The notes beneath the pieces were generated by a model that ran no database searches, was not told the origin of the DNA, and worked only from the letters and a program-made list of their open reading frames with translations. DNA of 64,000 bases, taken from Nitriliruptoraceae bacterium (GTDB lineage: Bacteria > Actinomycetota > Nitriliruptoria > Nitriliruptorales > Nitriliruptoraceae). This document shows positions 1 through 10,781 of this stretch, in pieces. The stretch is taken from NCBI GenBank assembly GCA_018401275.1, contig JAGYKW010000007.1:26648-90647 (forward strand), written 5' to 3'. Made by a program: the position numbers and the translations under genes. Position 1 is the stretch's first letter. Each line of letters begins with the position of its first letter.

Positions 1-384
1 CTTGAACCCGTCGGGTCCGAAGAACTTGATGCCGTTGTCACCGACCGGGTTGTGCGAGGCGGACAGCATCACGCCGGCCCCGGCGCTGGAGCGACCCGTG
101 AGGTAAGCGACGCCCGGTGTGGGCAGCACACCGACGGACACGGCGTCACCGCCCGCAGAGGTGATGCCGGCGATCATCGCCGCCTCGAGCATGTCCCCCG
201 ACCAGCGCGGGTCGCGGCCGACGAGGATCGACGGGCGCTTCTCGCCCTCGTCGTGCAGCACGGTGACGAGCGCACGGCCGAGCGCGAGCGCGACCTCGGG
301 CGTCAGGTCCGTGTTGGCCCTGCCACGCACGCCGTCGGTCCCGAAGCGCACGGGCGGGAGCTGCTGTGGAGCGACGTTCGACAT
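1..384 (-). CDS. glmM: Phosphoglucosamine mutase, N-terminal 128 codons (rest lies beyond the left edge)
   Basis: Own reverse translation from ATG at 384-382: [30 protein letters not shown]...[26 protein letters not shown]. Contains the SASHNP phosphoserine loop of alpha-D-phosphohexomutases and fits the conserved rplM-rpsI-glmM order. Absent from the ORF track because there is no stop inside the window. Confidence 0.85.
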   Translation of the reverse strand, partial: MSNVAPQQLPPVRFGTDGVRGRANTDLTPEVALALGRALVTVLHDEGEKRPSILVGRDPRWSGDMLEAAMIAGITSAGGDAVSVGVLPTPGVAYLTGRSSAGAGVMLSASHNPVGDNGIKFFGPDGFK

Positions 385-488
385 GCCGGACTCCGTGGCT
401 CCGACCGAGGACGTGCTCACGACACCCTCCGGGGAACACTCGACGCTGGAATCGTTGCGGGGAAGCTCTGGATGAGGCTAGACGCCGA

Positions 489-515
489 CCGCCCCGGCTG
501 TGGGAGCCGGGGCGG
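489..515 (-). terminator. Candidate I-shaped intrinsic terminator after rpsI
   Basis: Perfect 11-bp stem ccgccccggct/agccggggcgg with a 5-nt loop, about 45 nt downstream of the rpsI stop. No U-tract, as is common in high-GC actinobacteria. Confidence 0.4.
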
Positions 516-558
516 TCAGGATGCTGAGGGTCAGCGCGTGGGGATCGATGCCCCGGAT

Positions 559-945
559 TCAGCGCTTGGAGAACTGTGGTGCGCGACGAGCCTTCTTCAG
601 ACCGTACTTCTTGCGCTCGACCGCGCGGGAGTCGCGCGTGAGCAGGCCGGCGGCCTTGAGCGGCGCGCGCCATTCCGGGTCGTGGGCGGCGAGGGCGCGG
701 GCGATCGCGTGACGCATCGCACCTGCCTGGCCGGTCGTGCCGCCACCGTGCAGACGCGCGTCGACGTTCCACTGCCCGACCTGCTCGAGCACGACGAACG
801 GCTCCAGCACGTGTGCGCGCTGCTTCTCCGTCGGGAAGTACTCCTCGAACGGACGCTCGTTGAGCGTGAGGTTCCCCGCGCCGCGGGACAGTCGGACACG
901 CGCGACCGAGGTCTTGCGGCGTCCGGTGAAGATGGTCGACGGCAT
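559..945 (-). CDS. rpsI: 30S ribosomal protein S9
   Basis: 128-aa ORF with [32 protein letters not shown] and C-terminal [18 protein letters not shown]. Starts 1 nt after the rplM stop. Confidence 0.95.
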   Translation of the reverse strand: MPSTIFTGRRKTSVARVRLSRGAGNLTLNERPFEEYFPTEKQRAHVLEPFVVLEQVGQWNVDARLHGGGTTGQAGAMRHAIARALAAHDPEWRAPLKAAGLLTRDSRAVERKKYGLKKARRAPQFSKR

Positions 946-946
946 C

Positions 947-1390
947 TCAGCCCTTCATGACGTGGTCGGGCAGCGCACTCGGCTGCTGCGCGGCGTGTGG
1001 GTGCTCGGCACCCGGGTAGACCTTGAGCTTGCGCAGCATCGCCCGCCCGAGGGTGTTCTTCGGCAGCATCCCGCGCACGGCGGTCTCGACGACCTGCGCG
1101 GACGAGCGCTGCATCATCCTGGTGAACGGCACGGACCGCAGCCCGCCCGGGAACCCGGAGTGGAAGTGGTAGGTCTTGGCCGCGGCCTTGTCGCCGGTCA
1201 GCTTGACCTTGTCCGCGTTGAGGACGATGACGAAGTCGCCCATGTCGAGGTGCGGCGTGTACGTCGGCTTGTGCTTGCCACGCAGCACGGACGCCACACG
1301 CGTCGCCAGTCGACCGAGGGTCAGACCCTCCGCGTCCACGACGAACCAGTCGCGCGGGATGTCCTTCCCGCTGGGAGTGAACGTTCGCAT
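947..1390 (-). CDS. rplM: 50S ribosomal protein L13
   Basis: ORF 947..1546 trimmed to the internal ATG at 1390 ([29 protein letters not shown]...). The 52 codons upstream are Arg/Pro-rich and not protein-like. Confidence 0.93.
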   Translation of the reverse strand: MRTFTPSGKDIPRDWFVVDAEGLTLGRLATRVASVLRGKHKPTYTPHLDMGDFVIVLNADKVKLTGDKAAAKTYHFHSGFPGGLRSVPFTRMMQRSSAQVVETAVRGMLPKNTLGRAMLRKLKVYPGAEHPHAAQQPSALPDHVMKG

Positions 1391-1585
1391 CAGTGCTTCC
1401 TCAGTGCGGACGGCGACAGGGCCATCGGCGCGATCGGTGGTCGGGGATGACCTCGACGGGCACCACCGGACCGGGCACGTCGGGCCTCTCGGTCCCACCG
1501 CCCGGGCGGGACCCGCCTGACGTGAAGATGCGCGGCCGGAGTGCACCGCGCAGGTCGGAAGGATACCGCCCTGGCGTGGAGGGGG

Positions 1586-2404
1586 TCAACCGGCGGAGAG
1601 GACCGCTCCGGACGGCGGGCTGGCGGCGGTCCCACGGCCGAAGTGGACCCGCTCGAGGGTCAGGCCGTGGGGTGGGGCGACGGGTGAGGCGAGGGAGCGG
1701 TCCCCTGACGCCAGGACGTCGGCGATCCAGCGCTCCGGGCGCTTCCCGCGGCCGACGTCGACGAGGCAGCCCACGATGGAGCGGACCTGCTGGTGGCAGA
1801 ACGCAGGTCCGCGCAACCGGATGTCGATGCGTCCCGGACCCGGTCCGATGCGCCGCAGGCTCAGCTGGTCGATCCGCCGCGTGGTGGTGCGCCCGGGGGC
1901 ACGGCGGCAGAACGCGGCGAAGTCATGCTCGCCGAGCAGGGCGCGGGACGCACGCCGCATGGCCGGCACATCGAGCTGCGCGGTGACGCCCCACACGTCG
2001 CGCGCATCACGCGCGACACCACGGCCCTCGACACGTGGATCCACACCGTCGCGCAGGCGGTAGCGGTAGGACCGGCCGATCGCCGAGAACCGCGCGTGGA
2101 ACCCGTCGGGTGCTCGCCGGACCGCACGGATGGTGATGCTCGCCGGGAGCGCCCGGTCGAGCCTGCGGGTCAGCGCGGCGAGGTCGGCGGGCAGCACAGC
2201 ATCCTCGACGTCGCCGTGGAGCACCTGGGCGTCCGCGTGCACGCCTCGGTCGGTACGTCCCGACGCGGTCGTCCCGACGGGCACGCCCAGCAGCCGCTCG
2301 AGCGCCTCCTCGACCATGCCCTGCACGGTCGTGAGGCCCGGCTGTCGGGCGAGCCCGCGGTACGGACCGCCGTCGTAGCTGAGGTCGAGGCGGAGCCGCA
2401 CCAT
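1586..2404 (-). CDS. truA: tRNA pseudouridine(38-40) synthase TruA
   Basis: ORF 1586..2434 with MVRLRLDLSYDGGPYRGLARQPG...SGRTDRGVHA (catalytic Asp motif). Start set at Met11 (2404) so it does not overlap the rplQ stop at 2409. Confidence 0.85.
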   Translation of the reverse strand: MVRLRLDLSYDGGPYRGLARQPGLTTVQGMVEEALERLLGVPVGTTASGRTDRGVHADAQVLHGDVEDAVLPADLAALTRRLDRALPASITIRAVRRAPDGFHARFSAIGRSYRYRLRDGVDPRVEGRGVARDARDVWGVTAQLDVPAMRRASRALLGEHDFAAFCRRAPGRTTTRRIDQLSLRRIGPGPGRIDIRLRGPAFCHQQVRSIVGCLVDVGRGKRPERWIADVLASGDRSLASPVAPPHGLTLERVHFGRGTAASPPSGAVLSAG

Positions 2405-2408
2405 CGGC

Positions 2409-2786
2409 TCAGGCCGCGGAGTCGTTCCCGCCACGGTCGACCAGCTCGATCATCGCCATCTCGGCACGGTCGCCCTTGCGCGGCTCGAGCTTGAGGATGC
2501 GGGTGTAGCCGCCCTCGCGCTCAGCGAAGCGCGGCCCGACCACCTCGAACAGGTTGGCGACGACGTCACGGTCGTGGAGCTTGGCGAGCACGAGCCGGCG
2601 GGCATGGAGGTCGCCACGCTTGGCCTTCGTGATCAGCCGCTCCGCGTACGGACGCAGCGCGCGCGCCTTGGCCTGCGTCGTCGTGATCCGCCCATGGCGG
2701 AACAGCTCGGTCGCGAGGTTGGCGAGGATGTGCTTCTGGTGGGCGGCGCTGCCGCCCAGCCGTGGCCCTCTTTTGGGAGTCGGCAT
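2409..2786 (-). CDS. rplQ: 50S ribosomal protein L17
   Basis: 125-aa [44 protein letters not shown]...GGYTRILKL, immediately downstream of rpoA. Confidence 0.95.
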   Translation of the reverse strand: MPTPKRGPRLGGSAAHQKHILANLATELFRHGRITTTQAKARALRPYAERLITKAKRGDLHARRLVLAKLHDRDVVANLFEVVGPRFAEREGGYTRILKLEPRKGDRAEMAMIELVDRGGNDSAA

Positions 2787-2795
2787 GTCTGCTCC

Positions 2796-3833
2796 TTACT
2801 CGCGGATTCCGACGCCGAGCTCCGCAAGCTTGATGCGGATCTCGTCGACGGACTTCGAGCCGAAGTTACGGATCTCCATCAGTTCCGGTTCGGTGCGGTC
2901 CATCAGCTCGCCGACCGTCTCGATGCCCTCACGCTTGAGGCAGTTGTGCGTGCGGACGGTGAGCCCGAGGTCATCGACGCTGGTCATGCGGACCGGGTCA
3001 CCACCGAGGGAGGACAGGACCTCCTCCGGGTTGATGACGATGCCACCGGGGCCGGAGAGGTCGTACTCGGCGAACTGCTCGAACAGCGCCTTGAGCGTCG
3101 AACCCGCAGAAGCGAGCGCCTGCGCCGGCGTGAGCGAGCCGTCGGTCTCGACGTCGAGCACGAGCTTGTCGTAGTTCGTCATCTGCGCCACGCGCGTCGA
3201 CTCGACGCGGTAGGCGACACGACGCACCGGGCTGAACACCGAGTCGACCGCGATGACGCCGATCGGGTCGTCGGCACGCTTGTTCTGGTCGGCGGTGCGG
3301 TAACCACGTCCGCGGTCGACGGTCAGGTAGAGCTCGAGGTGGCCCGACGCGTTCAGCGTCGCGAGCACGAGGTCCTCGTTGACGACCTCGACCTGCGACG
3401 GCGCGAAGATGTTCTCCGCGGTGAGCACACCCGGACCGTCACCACCGAGGAAGATCTCGACCGACTCGTCCGAGGACGAGCGCACGACGAGCTCCTTGAT
3501 GTTGAGGATGATGTCGGTCACGTCCTCCTTGACGCCCTCGATGGCCGAGAACTCGTGGAGCACGGACCCGCCGTCAGGACCGGCCGCCTGCGCCGACGTG
3601 AAGCGCATGCGGGTGACCGCAGCGCCGGGCACGGACGAGAGCAGCGTGCGACGCAGCGCGTTGCCGAGCGTGTAGCCGAAGCCCGGCTCGAGCGGGTCGA
3701 TGATGAAGCGGGACTTGATGCCCTCCTCGACCTTCTCCTCGGTCAGCTTGGGCCGGTAGGAGACGAACGGCGAACCGTCCTCGGTCTCCTCCAGGAAGAA
3801 GGACTCCTCGTCGTAGAACCCGAACTCTGACAT
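2796..3833 (-). CDS. rpoA: DNA-directed RNA polymerase subunit alpha
   Basis: 345-aa ORF with N-terminal LEPGFGYTLGNALRRTLLSS and a C-terminal alpha-CTD (VDDLGLTVRTHNCLKREGIETVGEL). Confidence 0.97.
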   Translation of the reverse strand: MSEFGFYDEESFFLEETEDGSPFVSYRPKLTEEKVEEGIKSRFIIDPLEPGFGYTLGNALRRTLLSSVPGAAVTRMRFTSAQAAGPDGGSVLHEFSAIEGVKEDVTDIILNIKELVVRSSSDESVEIFLGGDGPGVLTAENIFAPSQVEVVNEDLVLATLNASGHLELYLTVDRGRGYRTADQNKRADDPIGVIAVDSVFSPVRRVAYRVESTRVAQMTNYDKLVLDVETDGSLTPAQALASAGSTLKALFEQFAEYDLSGPGGIVINPEEVLSSLGGDPVRMTSVDDLGLTVRTHNCLKREGIETVGELMDRTEPELMEIRNFGSKSVDEIRIKLAELGVGIRE

Positions 3834-3985
3834 GGTGCTGCTCCTCTGTCGTTCGGCAGGGACGTCCCCCTGCCATCCACCACCATCGTTCCCGGGGCCA
3901 TCGGTGGTGGATGCTCGTCGCCGTGCGCCGGGACCCGGGCCGGTGCACGGGCTGCGGACGGGCGCCCGCAGCGATGATGCGTGGC

Positions 3986-4591
3986 TTACTTGGAGTAGAG
4001 CTCGACGATCATCTGCTCGGTGACGGGCGCGTCGATCTGCGTGCGGACCGGCAGGTCGATGACCGTCACGCGGAACGCGCTCTGGTCGCTCTGCAGCCAG
4101 CCGGGCACGTCGCGCTGCCCGAAGACCTGCAGCGAGCCGATGGCGGCCTGCGACTGGCGGTTCTTCTCGCGGATCTCGACCACGTCCCCCGGCTTGACCC
4201 GGTAGGACGCGATGTTCGTCGTGCGGCCGTTGACCGTCACGTGACGGTGGCTGACCATCTGGCGCGACTCGGCGCGGGAGCGACCCCAGCCGGCGCGGTA
4301 GAGCACGTTGTCGAGCCGCAGCTCGAGGAGGACGAGCAGGTTCTCACCCGTCCGACCGTCGCGACGCGACGCCTCCTCGTAGTAGCGGCGGAACTGCTTC
4401 TCGAGCACGCCGTAGTAGTAGCGGGCCTTCTGCTTCTCGCGCAGCTGGAGCAGGTACTCCGACTCCTTGATGCGGCCACGGCCATGCTGGCCCGGTGGGT
4501 ACGGGCGCTTCTCGAAGCTCTTGTCGTTGCCCTTGAGGTCGACGCCGAGACGGCGCGACTTCTTGGTCATCGGTCCTGTGTAACGAGCCAT
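3986..4591 (-). CDS. rpsD: 30S ribosomal protein S4
   Basis: 201-aa ORF MARYTGPMTKKSRRLGVDL...YLLQLREKQKARYYYGVLEKQFRRYY in the alpha-operon position. Confidence 0.96.
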   Translation of the reverse strand: MARYTGPMTKKSRRLGVDLKGNDKSFEKRPYPPGQHGRGRIKESEYLLQLREKQKARYYYGVLEKQFRRYYEEASRRDGRTGENLLVLLELRLDNVLYRAGWGRSRAESRQMVSHRHVTVNGRTTNIASYRVKPGDVVEIREKNRQSQAAIGSLQVFGQRDVPGWLQSDQSAFRVTVIDLPVRTQIDAPVTEQMIVELYSK

Positions 4592-4621
4592 GTCTCTCGT
4601 GCTCCTCGGTCGCGCGTCAGG

Positions 4622-5005
4622 TCAGGTGCGGCGCCGCTTGGGCGGGCGGCAACCGTTGTAAGGGACCGGCGTGACGTCCCGGATGGACAGGACCTCGATG
4701 CCGAGGGATGCGAGGGTCCGGATGGCGGTCTCGCGACCGGCGCCCGGGCCCTTCACCAGCACGTCGACCTTGCGGACGCCGTTCTCGATCGCGACCTTCG
4801 TCGCCTGCTCGGCCGCGAGCTGCGCGGCGAACGGCGTCGACTTGCGCGAGCCCTTGAAGCCCGCGTTGCCACCGGTCGACCAGGCGATGACGTTGCCCTG
4901 GAGGTCGGTGAAGGTGATGACCGTGTTGTTGAACGTTGACTTGATGTGCGCCTGCGCGTGGAGCACGTTCTTGCGCTCACGCTTGCGCTGTCGCTTCTGC
5001 GCCAT
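4622..5005 (-). CDS. rpsK: 30S ribosomal protein S11
   Basis: 127-aa ORF with [44 protein letters not shown]. Confidence 0.96.
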   Translation of the reverse strand: MAQKRQRKRERKNVLHAQAHIKSTFNNTVITFTDLQGNVIAWSTGGNAGFKGSRKSTPFAAQLAAEQATKVAIENGVRKVDVLVKGPGAGRETAIRTLASLGIEVLSIRDVTPVPYNGCRPPKRRRT

Positions 5006-5013
5006 GATCGCTC

Positions 5014-5397
5014 TCAGCCCTTCTTCGTCGGCTTGCGGATCCCGCCGACGGCACGACGCGGACCCTTGCGGGTACGCGCATTGGTGTGGGTGCGCTGGCC
5101 ATGGACTGGCAGGCCCAGACGGTGACGGATCCCCTGGTAGGAACCGATCTCCATCTTGCGCTTGATGTTGTTCGCGACCTCACGGCGGAGGTCACCCTCG
5201 AGCCGGAAGGTGCTCTCGACGTGCGAGCGCAGCCGCTGGACCTCGTCGTCCGACAGGTCGCGGACGCGGGTGGACTCGTCGATGCCGACTGCGGCGAGGG
5301 ACTCCCGCGCGCGCGTCGGACCGACGCCATAGATGTAGGTGAGTGCGATGACCACACGCTTGTCGCGCGGGATGTCGGCACCTGCGATGCGAGCCAT
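5014..5397 (-). CDS. rpsM: 30S ribosomal protein S13
   Basis: ORF 5014..5493 trimmed to [30 protein letters not shown] (ATG at 5397). Confidence 0.95.
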   Translation of the reverse strand: MARIAGADIPRDKRVVIALTYIYGVGPTRARESLAAVGIDESTRVRDLSDDEVQRLRSHVESTFRLEGDLRREVANNIKRKMEIGSYQGIRHRLGLPVHGQRTHTNARTRKGPRRAVGGIRKPTKKG

Positions 5398-5408
5398 GTT
5401 CTCTCTCC

Positions 5409-5522
5409 TCAGCCCTGGCGCTGGCGGTGGCGCGGGTTCGTGCAGATCACACGCACCGTGCCGCGGCGTCGGATGACTCGGCAGTTGTCGCACATCGGCT
5501 TGACGGATGCCCTGACCTTCAC
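5409..5522 (-). CDS. rpmJ: 50S ribosomal protein L36 (zinc-binding C+ form)
   Basis: Not in the ORF track. Own translation from GTG at 5522: (M)[36 protein letters not shown], stop at 5411-5409. Sits between infA and rpsM as expected. Confidence 0.9.
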   Translation of the reverse strand: MKVRASVKPMCDNCRVIRRRGTVRVICTNPRHRQRQG

Positions 5523-5760
5523 TGCCCGTCCTCTCTTCGGCGGTCGTCGACGGGGACCCGTCGACGCGGACCGGGGGCTGCCTCCCGAGGTCCGGAGCCC
5601 TCTACGCGGACGTTCCCGCGCGAGCTGGCCGTATCAGCGTCACGGGGATCCGTGCGCCGGATGCAGCGCCGGCCGCAGCCGGTGCGTTGTGCCGCGCTCC
5701 CCCGCGGTCCGGGCGCCTGGCAGGGCGTCCGACGGGTTCGTGCGGGTGGTGCAGGTCGCG

Positions 5761-5982
5761 CTACTTGTAGCGGTACGTGATGCGGCCTCGGCTGAGGTCG
5801 TAGGGCGAGAGCTCGACCACGACCTTGTCGCCGGGGAGGATCCGGATGTAGTGCATCCGCATCTTCCCGCTGATGTGGGCCAGGACGGAGTGGCCGTTCT
5901 CGAGCTCCACCTTGAACTGCGTGTTGGGCAGCGCCTCGCGGACGGTGCCCTCCATCTGGATGGAGTCTTCCTTCTCTGCCAC
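5761..5982 (-). CDS. infA: Translation initiation factor IF-1
   Basis: ORF 5761..6156 trimmed to GTG at 5982, preceded by GGAGGCGGA. The 73 aa (M)[72 protein letters not shown] form an S1-like fold. Confidence 0.93.
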   Translation of the reverse strand: MAEKEDSIQMEGTVREALPNTQFKVELENGHSVLAHISGKMRMHYIRILPGDKVVVELSPYDLSRGRITYRYK

Positions 5983-6219
5983 TCCGCCTCCGTGCCGTTC
6001 GGCGGGACCACTGGCGTGGCACCGCTCCTCTCCGCTGTGGCGCCGGACGCCACGGGAGGACCCGTGCGTCGAGGCAACCGGATGCCGGCACTGCCCCACG
6101 CGCGGAGCGCCAGGGGCGGCACGGCGACGAGCGAACGCCCCGCCGGAGCGGGGCATCGGGAAGGGTACCGCGCCGGAGGGTGTCCCGGCAACCCGTCCCA
6201 GGCGGGGCCCAGCGGCGCC

Positions 6220-7014
6220 TCAGGCGGCCAGGCCGGCGAGGAACGCCTCGTCGTCGTCCCGAGCGGTCAGCACGCGTGGCCCGTCGGGGGTGATCGCGAC
6301 GGTGTGCTCCCAGTGGGCCGAGGCGCTGCCGTCGGCCGTGACGACCGTCCAGCCGTCGTCGAGCGCCACCGTCTCCTCCGTGCCGAGGTTGAACATCGGC
6401 TCGATGGCGATCACGAGCCCCTCGGACAGCTTCAGCCCCTTCCCGGCGCGTCCGTAGTTGGGCACCGAGGGCGCCTCGTGCAGCGCCCGGCCGATCCCGT
6501 GCCCGACGTACTCGCGCACGAGTCCGTAGCCACGCGCATCCGCATGGGCCTGCACGGCCGCACCGATGTCACCGAGCCGGTTGCCGGTGGTCGCCGCACG
6601 GATGCCGCTCCACAGCGCCTCGCGTGTCGTGCGCAGCAGCGCGCGCACCTCGTCGCTCGCGGCCTCCTCGCCACCGACGACGAGGCTCATGGCCGAGTCC
6701 CCGTGGAAGCCCTGCCAGATGGCGCCGCAGTCGATCGAGATGATGTCACCCTCGTCGAGCACGACGTCGGGGGACGGGATGCCGTGCACGATCTCATGGT
6801 TGCGCGACGTGCACAGCGTCGCGGGGAAGCCGCGGTAGCCCTTGAACGACGGGATCGCGCCCTCGCCGACGATGACGTCCTCCGCGATGCGGTCGAGATC
6901 GGCGGTCGACATCCCGGGACGCAGCGCATCGCGCACGGCGGAGTTCGCACGCGCGACGATCGCGCCGGCCCGCGCCATGAGCTCGACCTCGGCAGGCGAC
7001 TTGCGCAGGATCAC
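6220..7014 (-). CDS. map: Type I methionine aminopeptidase
   Basis: 264-aa ORF with metal-ligand context FHGDSAMSLVVG, YVGHGIG and VIAIEPM. ATGA-type 4-nt overlap with adk. Confidence 0.93.
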   Translation of the reverse strand: MILRKSPAEVELMARAGAIVARANSAVRDALRPGMSTADLDRIAEDVIVGEGAIPSFKGYRGFPATLCTSRNHEIVHGIPSPDVVLDEGDIISIDCGAIWQGFHGDSAMSLVVGGEEAASDEVRALLRTTREALWSGIRAATTGNRLGDIGAAVQAHADARGYGLVREYVGHGIGRALHEAPSVPNYGRAGKGLKLSEGLVIAIEPMFNLGTEETVALDDGWTVVTADGSASAHWEHTVAITPDGPRVLTARDDDEAFLAGLAA

Positions 7015-7682
7015 GCGGCGTCACCGCCGGAACGGTCGTACTCCGCGAGCACCTCGACGGCCCGCTGAGTGACCTCGTCGACGGTGCCGACCGCACTGAT
7101 GTCGCGCAGCAGTCCCCGCTCGAAGTAGAAGTGCTCGAGCGGTGCGGTCTGGGTGCGGTGCACCTCGAGGCGGTTGAGCACGACCTCCTCGCGGTCGTCG
7201 TCGCGCTGGACGATCTCGCCGTCGCAGTCATCGCAGCGACCTTCCGCGCTCGGCGGATCGGTCAGGACGTGGAAGATGCGCCCACAGTCCGAGCAGGTGC
7301 GCCTGCCCGTCAAGCGTTCGGCGACGTCGGCGTGGTCGACGACGAGGCGCAGCACCACATCGATCGGCGTGTCGAGCTCGTTGACGAGCGTCTCGAGCGC
7401 CTTGGCCTGCGGGACGGTGCGGGGGAACCCGTCGAAGAGGAACCCGGCGGCCGTGTCGGGTTCACCGAGGCGGTCCCCGACCATGCCGATGATGACCTCG
7501 TCGGGGACGAGTTCGCCCGCATCCATGAAGCGCTTCGCCTCGGTGCCGAGCGTGGTGCCCTCGCGGACGTTCGCACGCAGGATGTCACCGGTCGAGATGT
7601 GCGGGATGCTCCAGCGCTCGACGAGCCGGACGGCCTGCGTGCCCTTGCCGGCCCCGGGCGGGCCGAGGAGGATGATGCGCAT
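7011..7682 (-). CDS. adk: Adenylate kinase (Cys4 zinc-lid type)
   Basis: MRIILLGPPGAGKGTQA P-loop. The lid has CSDCGRIFH...GRCDDCDGEIVQRDDD. Confidence 0.93.
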   Translation of the reverse strand: MRIILLGPPGAGKGTQAVRLVERWSIPHISTGDILRANVREGTTLGTEAKRFMDAGELVPDEVIIGMVGDRLGEPDTAAGFLFDGFPRTVPQAKALETLVNELDTPIDVVLRLVVDHADVAERLTGRRTCSDCGRIFHVLTDPPSAEGRCDDCDGEIVQRDDDREEVVLNRLEVHRTQTAPLEHFYFERGLLRDISAVGTVDEVTQRAVEVLAEYDRSGGDAA

Positions 7683-7746
7683 CCGCTCCCCTTCCGTGCA
7701 CGGCCCGACGGGACCGATCGACGTCGGCCGACGATAGTCGGCCGGT

Positions 7747-9027
7747 TCAGCTGAGGAAGCCCTCGTAGTTGCGCTGCAGCAGCTGGCTCTCCACCTGCTG
7801 CGCGGTCTGGAGGGCGACCCCGACCATGATCAGAAGGCTCACGCCACCGAGGGGGAACGCCTGGATGTTGGCGACCGCGAGCAGGATGAACGGCATCACG
7901 GCGACCGAGGCCAGGTAGAGCGACCCCGGGAGCGTGATGCGGGTCAGCACCTTGTCGAGGAACTCGGCCGTCTGACGGCCCGGCCGGATGCCCGGGATGA
8001 AACCGCCGTAGCGCTGCAGGTTGTCGGCCACCTCGACGGGGTTGAACGTGATCGCCGAGTAGAAGTAGGCGAAGAACACCGTCAGCGCAGCGAACACGAG
8101 GATGAAGACGGGACTCGTCGCATCACCGAGGTTGCGGTCGACCCAGTCGCTGACGGCCGGGTTGCCCGACAACGACGCGCCCAGCGCCGGCAGGTAGAGC
8201 AAGGACGACGCGAAGATGACCGGGATGACACCGGACTGGTTGACCTTGAGCGGGATGTAGGTCGCCTGGCCTCCGACGGTGCGGCGACCGACCTGACGAC
8301 GCGCGTACTCGACCTTGATGCGGCGCTGGCCCATCTCGACGAACACGACGGCGACCGTGAGGAACACGCCCATGAGGAGGACGCCGGCGACCCACTGCCA
8401 GCCGTTCGAGACCCGCACGATCTGCAGCTGCGAGGGGAACTGGCTGATGATCGAGACGTAGATGAGCAGCGACATCCCGTTGCCGATGCCGCGCGAGGTG
8501 ATGAGCTCACCGAGCCACATGATGATCGCGGTCCCTGCGGTGAGCGTGACGACGGCGACGATGACGGTCGCGGTCCCTGCACCGGGCATCACGTCGACAC
8601 CGTTGAAGGCGGCGCCGTTGCGTGCGAGCGTCACGAGCGTCGAGGACTGGATGAGCGCCAGAGCGATGGCCGCGTAGCGCGTGTACTGGGTGATCTTGCG
8701 CCGCCCCTGCTCGCCCTCGCGCTTGAGGTCCTCGAGGCGCGGGATGACGACCGCGAGCAGCTGCATGATGATGCTCGCCGTGATGTACGGCATGATCCCC
8801 AGCGCGAAGATGGCCATCTGCTGCAGTGCACCACCGGCGAACACGTTGATGATGCCCACGATGTTCGCAGCGGCCGTGCCTGCGGTCGCGTTGCGCAGGA
8901 TCTCCACGTCGACGCCGGGCACCGGGATCCAGGCCCCGATGCGGTAGGCGACGAGCATCGCGAGCGTGAACAGCATCTTGCGTCGCAGGTCCGGGATCCG
9001 GACCGCGGTGACGAAGGCGCTCAGCAT
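7747..9027 (-). CDS. secY: Preprotein translocase subunit SecY
   Basis: 426-aa polytopic membrane ORF ([27 protein letters not shown]) between rplO and adk. Confidence 0.95.
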   Translation of the reverse strand: MLSAFVTAVRIPDLRRKMLFTLAMLVAYRIGAWIPVPGVDVEILRNATAGTAAANIVGIINVFAGGALQQMAIFALGIMPYITASIIMQLLAVVIPRLEDLKREGEQGRRKITQYTRYAAIALALIQSSTLVTLARNGAAFNGVDVMPGAGTATVIVAVVTLTAGTAIIMWLGELITSRGIGNGMSLLIYVSIISQFPSQLQIVRVSNGWQWVAGVLLMGVFLTVAVVFVEMGQRRIKVEYARRQVGRRTVGGQATYIPLKVNQSGVIPVIFASSLLYLPALGASLSGNPAVSDWVDRNLGDATSPVFILVFAALTVFFAYFYSAITFNPVEVADNLQRYGGFIPGIRPGRQTAEFLDKVLTRITLPGSLYLASVAVMPFILLAVANIQAFPLGGVSLLIMVGVALQTAQQVESQLLQRNYEGFLS

Positions 9028-9090
9028 GGCTCTCTCGTGGGGGACGGGCTCGTGGGGCGCGGGTCAGACGTTCCCGATGACGCTACCGGT

Positions 9091-9528
9091 TCAGCGGACG
9101 CTGCCTCCGGCGGCCTCGATCTTCTCGCGAGCGATCGAGCTGACGGCCTCGACATCGATGGTGAGGGCCTTGGAGAGGTCACCCTGGCCGAGCACCTTGA
9201 CGGGGCCCTTCTTCTTGACGAGCCCGCGCTGGACGAGCACGTCACGGGTGACCACGTCACCGGCCTCGAAGGCCGCCTCGAGCCGCGCGACGTTGATCAC
9301 GGCGAAGACGACCTTGTTCGGGTTGTTGAAGCCGCGACGCTTCGGCTGGCGACGGATGAGCGGCATCTGGCCGCCCTCGAAGCCGGCCGGGACGGTGCCG
9401 CGCGCGCCGGAGCCCTTGGTCCCGCGGCCGGCGGTCTTGCCGCCCTTGCCCGCGTCACCACGGCCGACACGCTTGCGACGCTTCGTCGCGCCCTCGGCGG
9501 GCTTGAGGTGGTGGAGCTTGATGGTCAC
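9091..9528 (-). CDS. rplO: 50S ribosomal protein L15
   Basis: 145-aa [42 protein letters not shown]. Confidence 0.95.
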   Translation of the reverse strand: MTIKLHHLKPAEGATKRRKRVGRGDAGKGGKTAGRGTKGSGARGTVPAGFEGGQMPLIRRQPKRRGFNNPNKVVFAVINVARLEAAFEAGDVVTRDVLVQRGLVKKKGPVKVLGQGDLSKALTIDVEAVSSIAREKIEAAGGSVR

Positions 9529-9529
9529 G

Positions 9530-10126
9530 TCAGCCCTCCGACTTCTTGGTGGTGCTCTTCTTGGCCGGGGCCTTCTTGGCCGGAGCCTTCTTCGCAGCCG
9601 TCTTCTTGGCAGCGGTCTTCTTGGCCGTCTTCTTCTCGGCCGTCTTCTTCTCGGCCGTCTTCTTGGCCGGAGCCTTCTTGGCTGCCGTCTTCTTCGCTGC
9701 CGTCTTCTTGGCGACCTTCTTCGCAGCCTTCTCGACGACCGGTTCAGCGCTGGCCGTCACGCCGTCCTCGTCGGCCGCAGCAGCCGGGGCGGCCTTGGCA
9801 GACTTCGCAGCCTTCGCGGCCTTCTCGGCAAGCGCGCCCTTCCAGGCCGCACGCGCGACGTCCTTGGCGCGAGGACCGGTCGGGACCGCCTTCGGCGTGC
9901 GACGGGCCTGCGCCTCGGCGCGGAACGCGTCGGCCTCGGCGGCGCTGATCTCCTCGAAGGTCACGAGGTGCGACACCTTGCGCAGCATCCCCCGGATCTC
10001 CGGGCGATCGGGCTGCAGCACGGTGTGGCGGATGCGTCGCAGCCCGAGCGAACGCACGGTGGCGCGCTGGTCCTCGGTACGCCCGATGGGCGATCCGACC
10101 TGCGTGATGCGGAGCGTGGTCGACAT
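9530..10126 (-). CDS. rpmD: 50S ribosomal protein L30 fused to a ~138-aa Ala/Lys-rich basic C-terminal tail
   Basis: The first 60 aa ([60 protein letters not shown]) are a complete L30. The ORF then continues to 198 aa with ...[55 protein letters not shown].... Its stop lies 1 nt before the rplO start. Confidence 0.85.
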   Translation of the reverse strand: MSTTLRITQVGSPIGRTEDQRATVRSLGLRRIRHTVLQPDRPEIRGMLRKVSHLVTFEEISAAEADAFRAEAQARRTPKAVPTGPRAKDVARAAWKGALAEKAAKAAKSAKAAPAAAADEDGVTASAEPVVEKAAKKVAKKTAAKKTAAKKAPAKKTAEKKTAEKKTAKKTAAKKTAAKKAPAKKAPAKKSTTKKSEG

Positions 10127-10764
10127 CAGCGAGCACCCCCCATCGACTCGAGCATGGCCTTGGGTGCGACGTGCTCGATGGCCTTGCCGCGCAGGTCCGC
10201 GACCTGCTTGGCGGAGCGCAGCGAGCGCAGGCCGGCCACGGTCGCGTGCACGACGTTGATCGGGTTGGAGGTGCCCAGCGACTTCGCGAGCAGGTCGGAG
10301 ATGCCCGCGGCCTCGACGACCGCGCGCACCGGACCACCGGCGATGACCCCGGTACCGGGTGAGGCCGGCTTGAGCATGACCCGTCCGGCACCGGCGTGAC
10401 CGGTCACCGGGTGGACGATGGTCGAGCCGACCATCGGCACCGTGAACATGCTCTTCTTGGCCTCCTCGACGCCCTTCTGGATCGCCGACTGGACCTCACG
10501 GGCCTTGCCCAGGCCGATGCCGACGCGTCCCTTGCCATCGCCGACGACCACGAGGGCGGTGAACTGGAAGCGCCGCCCACCCTTCACGACCTTGGAGACG
10601 CGGTTGATGGCGACGACGCGCTCATCGAACTGCTCGCCGCGGGGCTCCTCGCGCCCACCGCGTCCACGACGGTCACCCTGACCGCTGCGTCCACGGCTCG
10701 GCCCGCCCGGTCCACCGGGTCCACCGGGTCCACCCGGGGCACCCGTTCGCTGATTGGCTGGCAT
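10126..10764 (-). CDS. rpsE: 30S ribosomal protein S5 (Gly/Pro/Arg-rich N-terminal extension)
   Basis: 212-aa ORF. The core is [44 protein letters not shown]. The N-terminus is [27 protein letters not shown]. Confidence 0.93.
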   Translation of the reverse strand: MPANQRTGAPGGPGGPGGPGGPSRGRSGQGDRRGRGGREEPRGEQFDERVVAINRVSKVVKGGRRFQFTALVVVGDGKGRVGIGLGKAREVQSAIQKGVEEAKKSMFTVPMVGSTIVHPVTGHAGAGRVMLKPASPGTGVIAGGPVRAVVEAAGISDLLAKSLGTSNPINVVHATVAGLRSLRSAKQVADLRGKAIEHVAPKAMLESMGGAR

Positions 10765-10781
10765 CTCTACTCCTCAGGCCG

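Noticed and set aside
5983-6219. The 237-nt map-infA spacer as a riboswitch or known leader
   Set aside because: It contains only short GC hairpins (for example ccccgc cgga gcgggg at 6138-6153). I recognise no conserved riboswitch core, so it is most simply a terminator and promoter spacer.
5086-7068. A 660-aa plus-strand ORF spanning rpsM to adk
   Set aside because: It is antisense to five well-supported genes and crosses their intergenic gaps. The composition is typical of a high-GC shadow frame.
9540-9760. Highly periodic DNA (cttcttggc... units) that could be mistaken for a repeat array or CRISPR
   Set aside because: The periodicity is 12-15 nt with no unique spacers. It sits inside an open frame and simply encodes the AKK repeats of the L30 tail.
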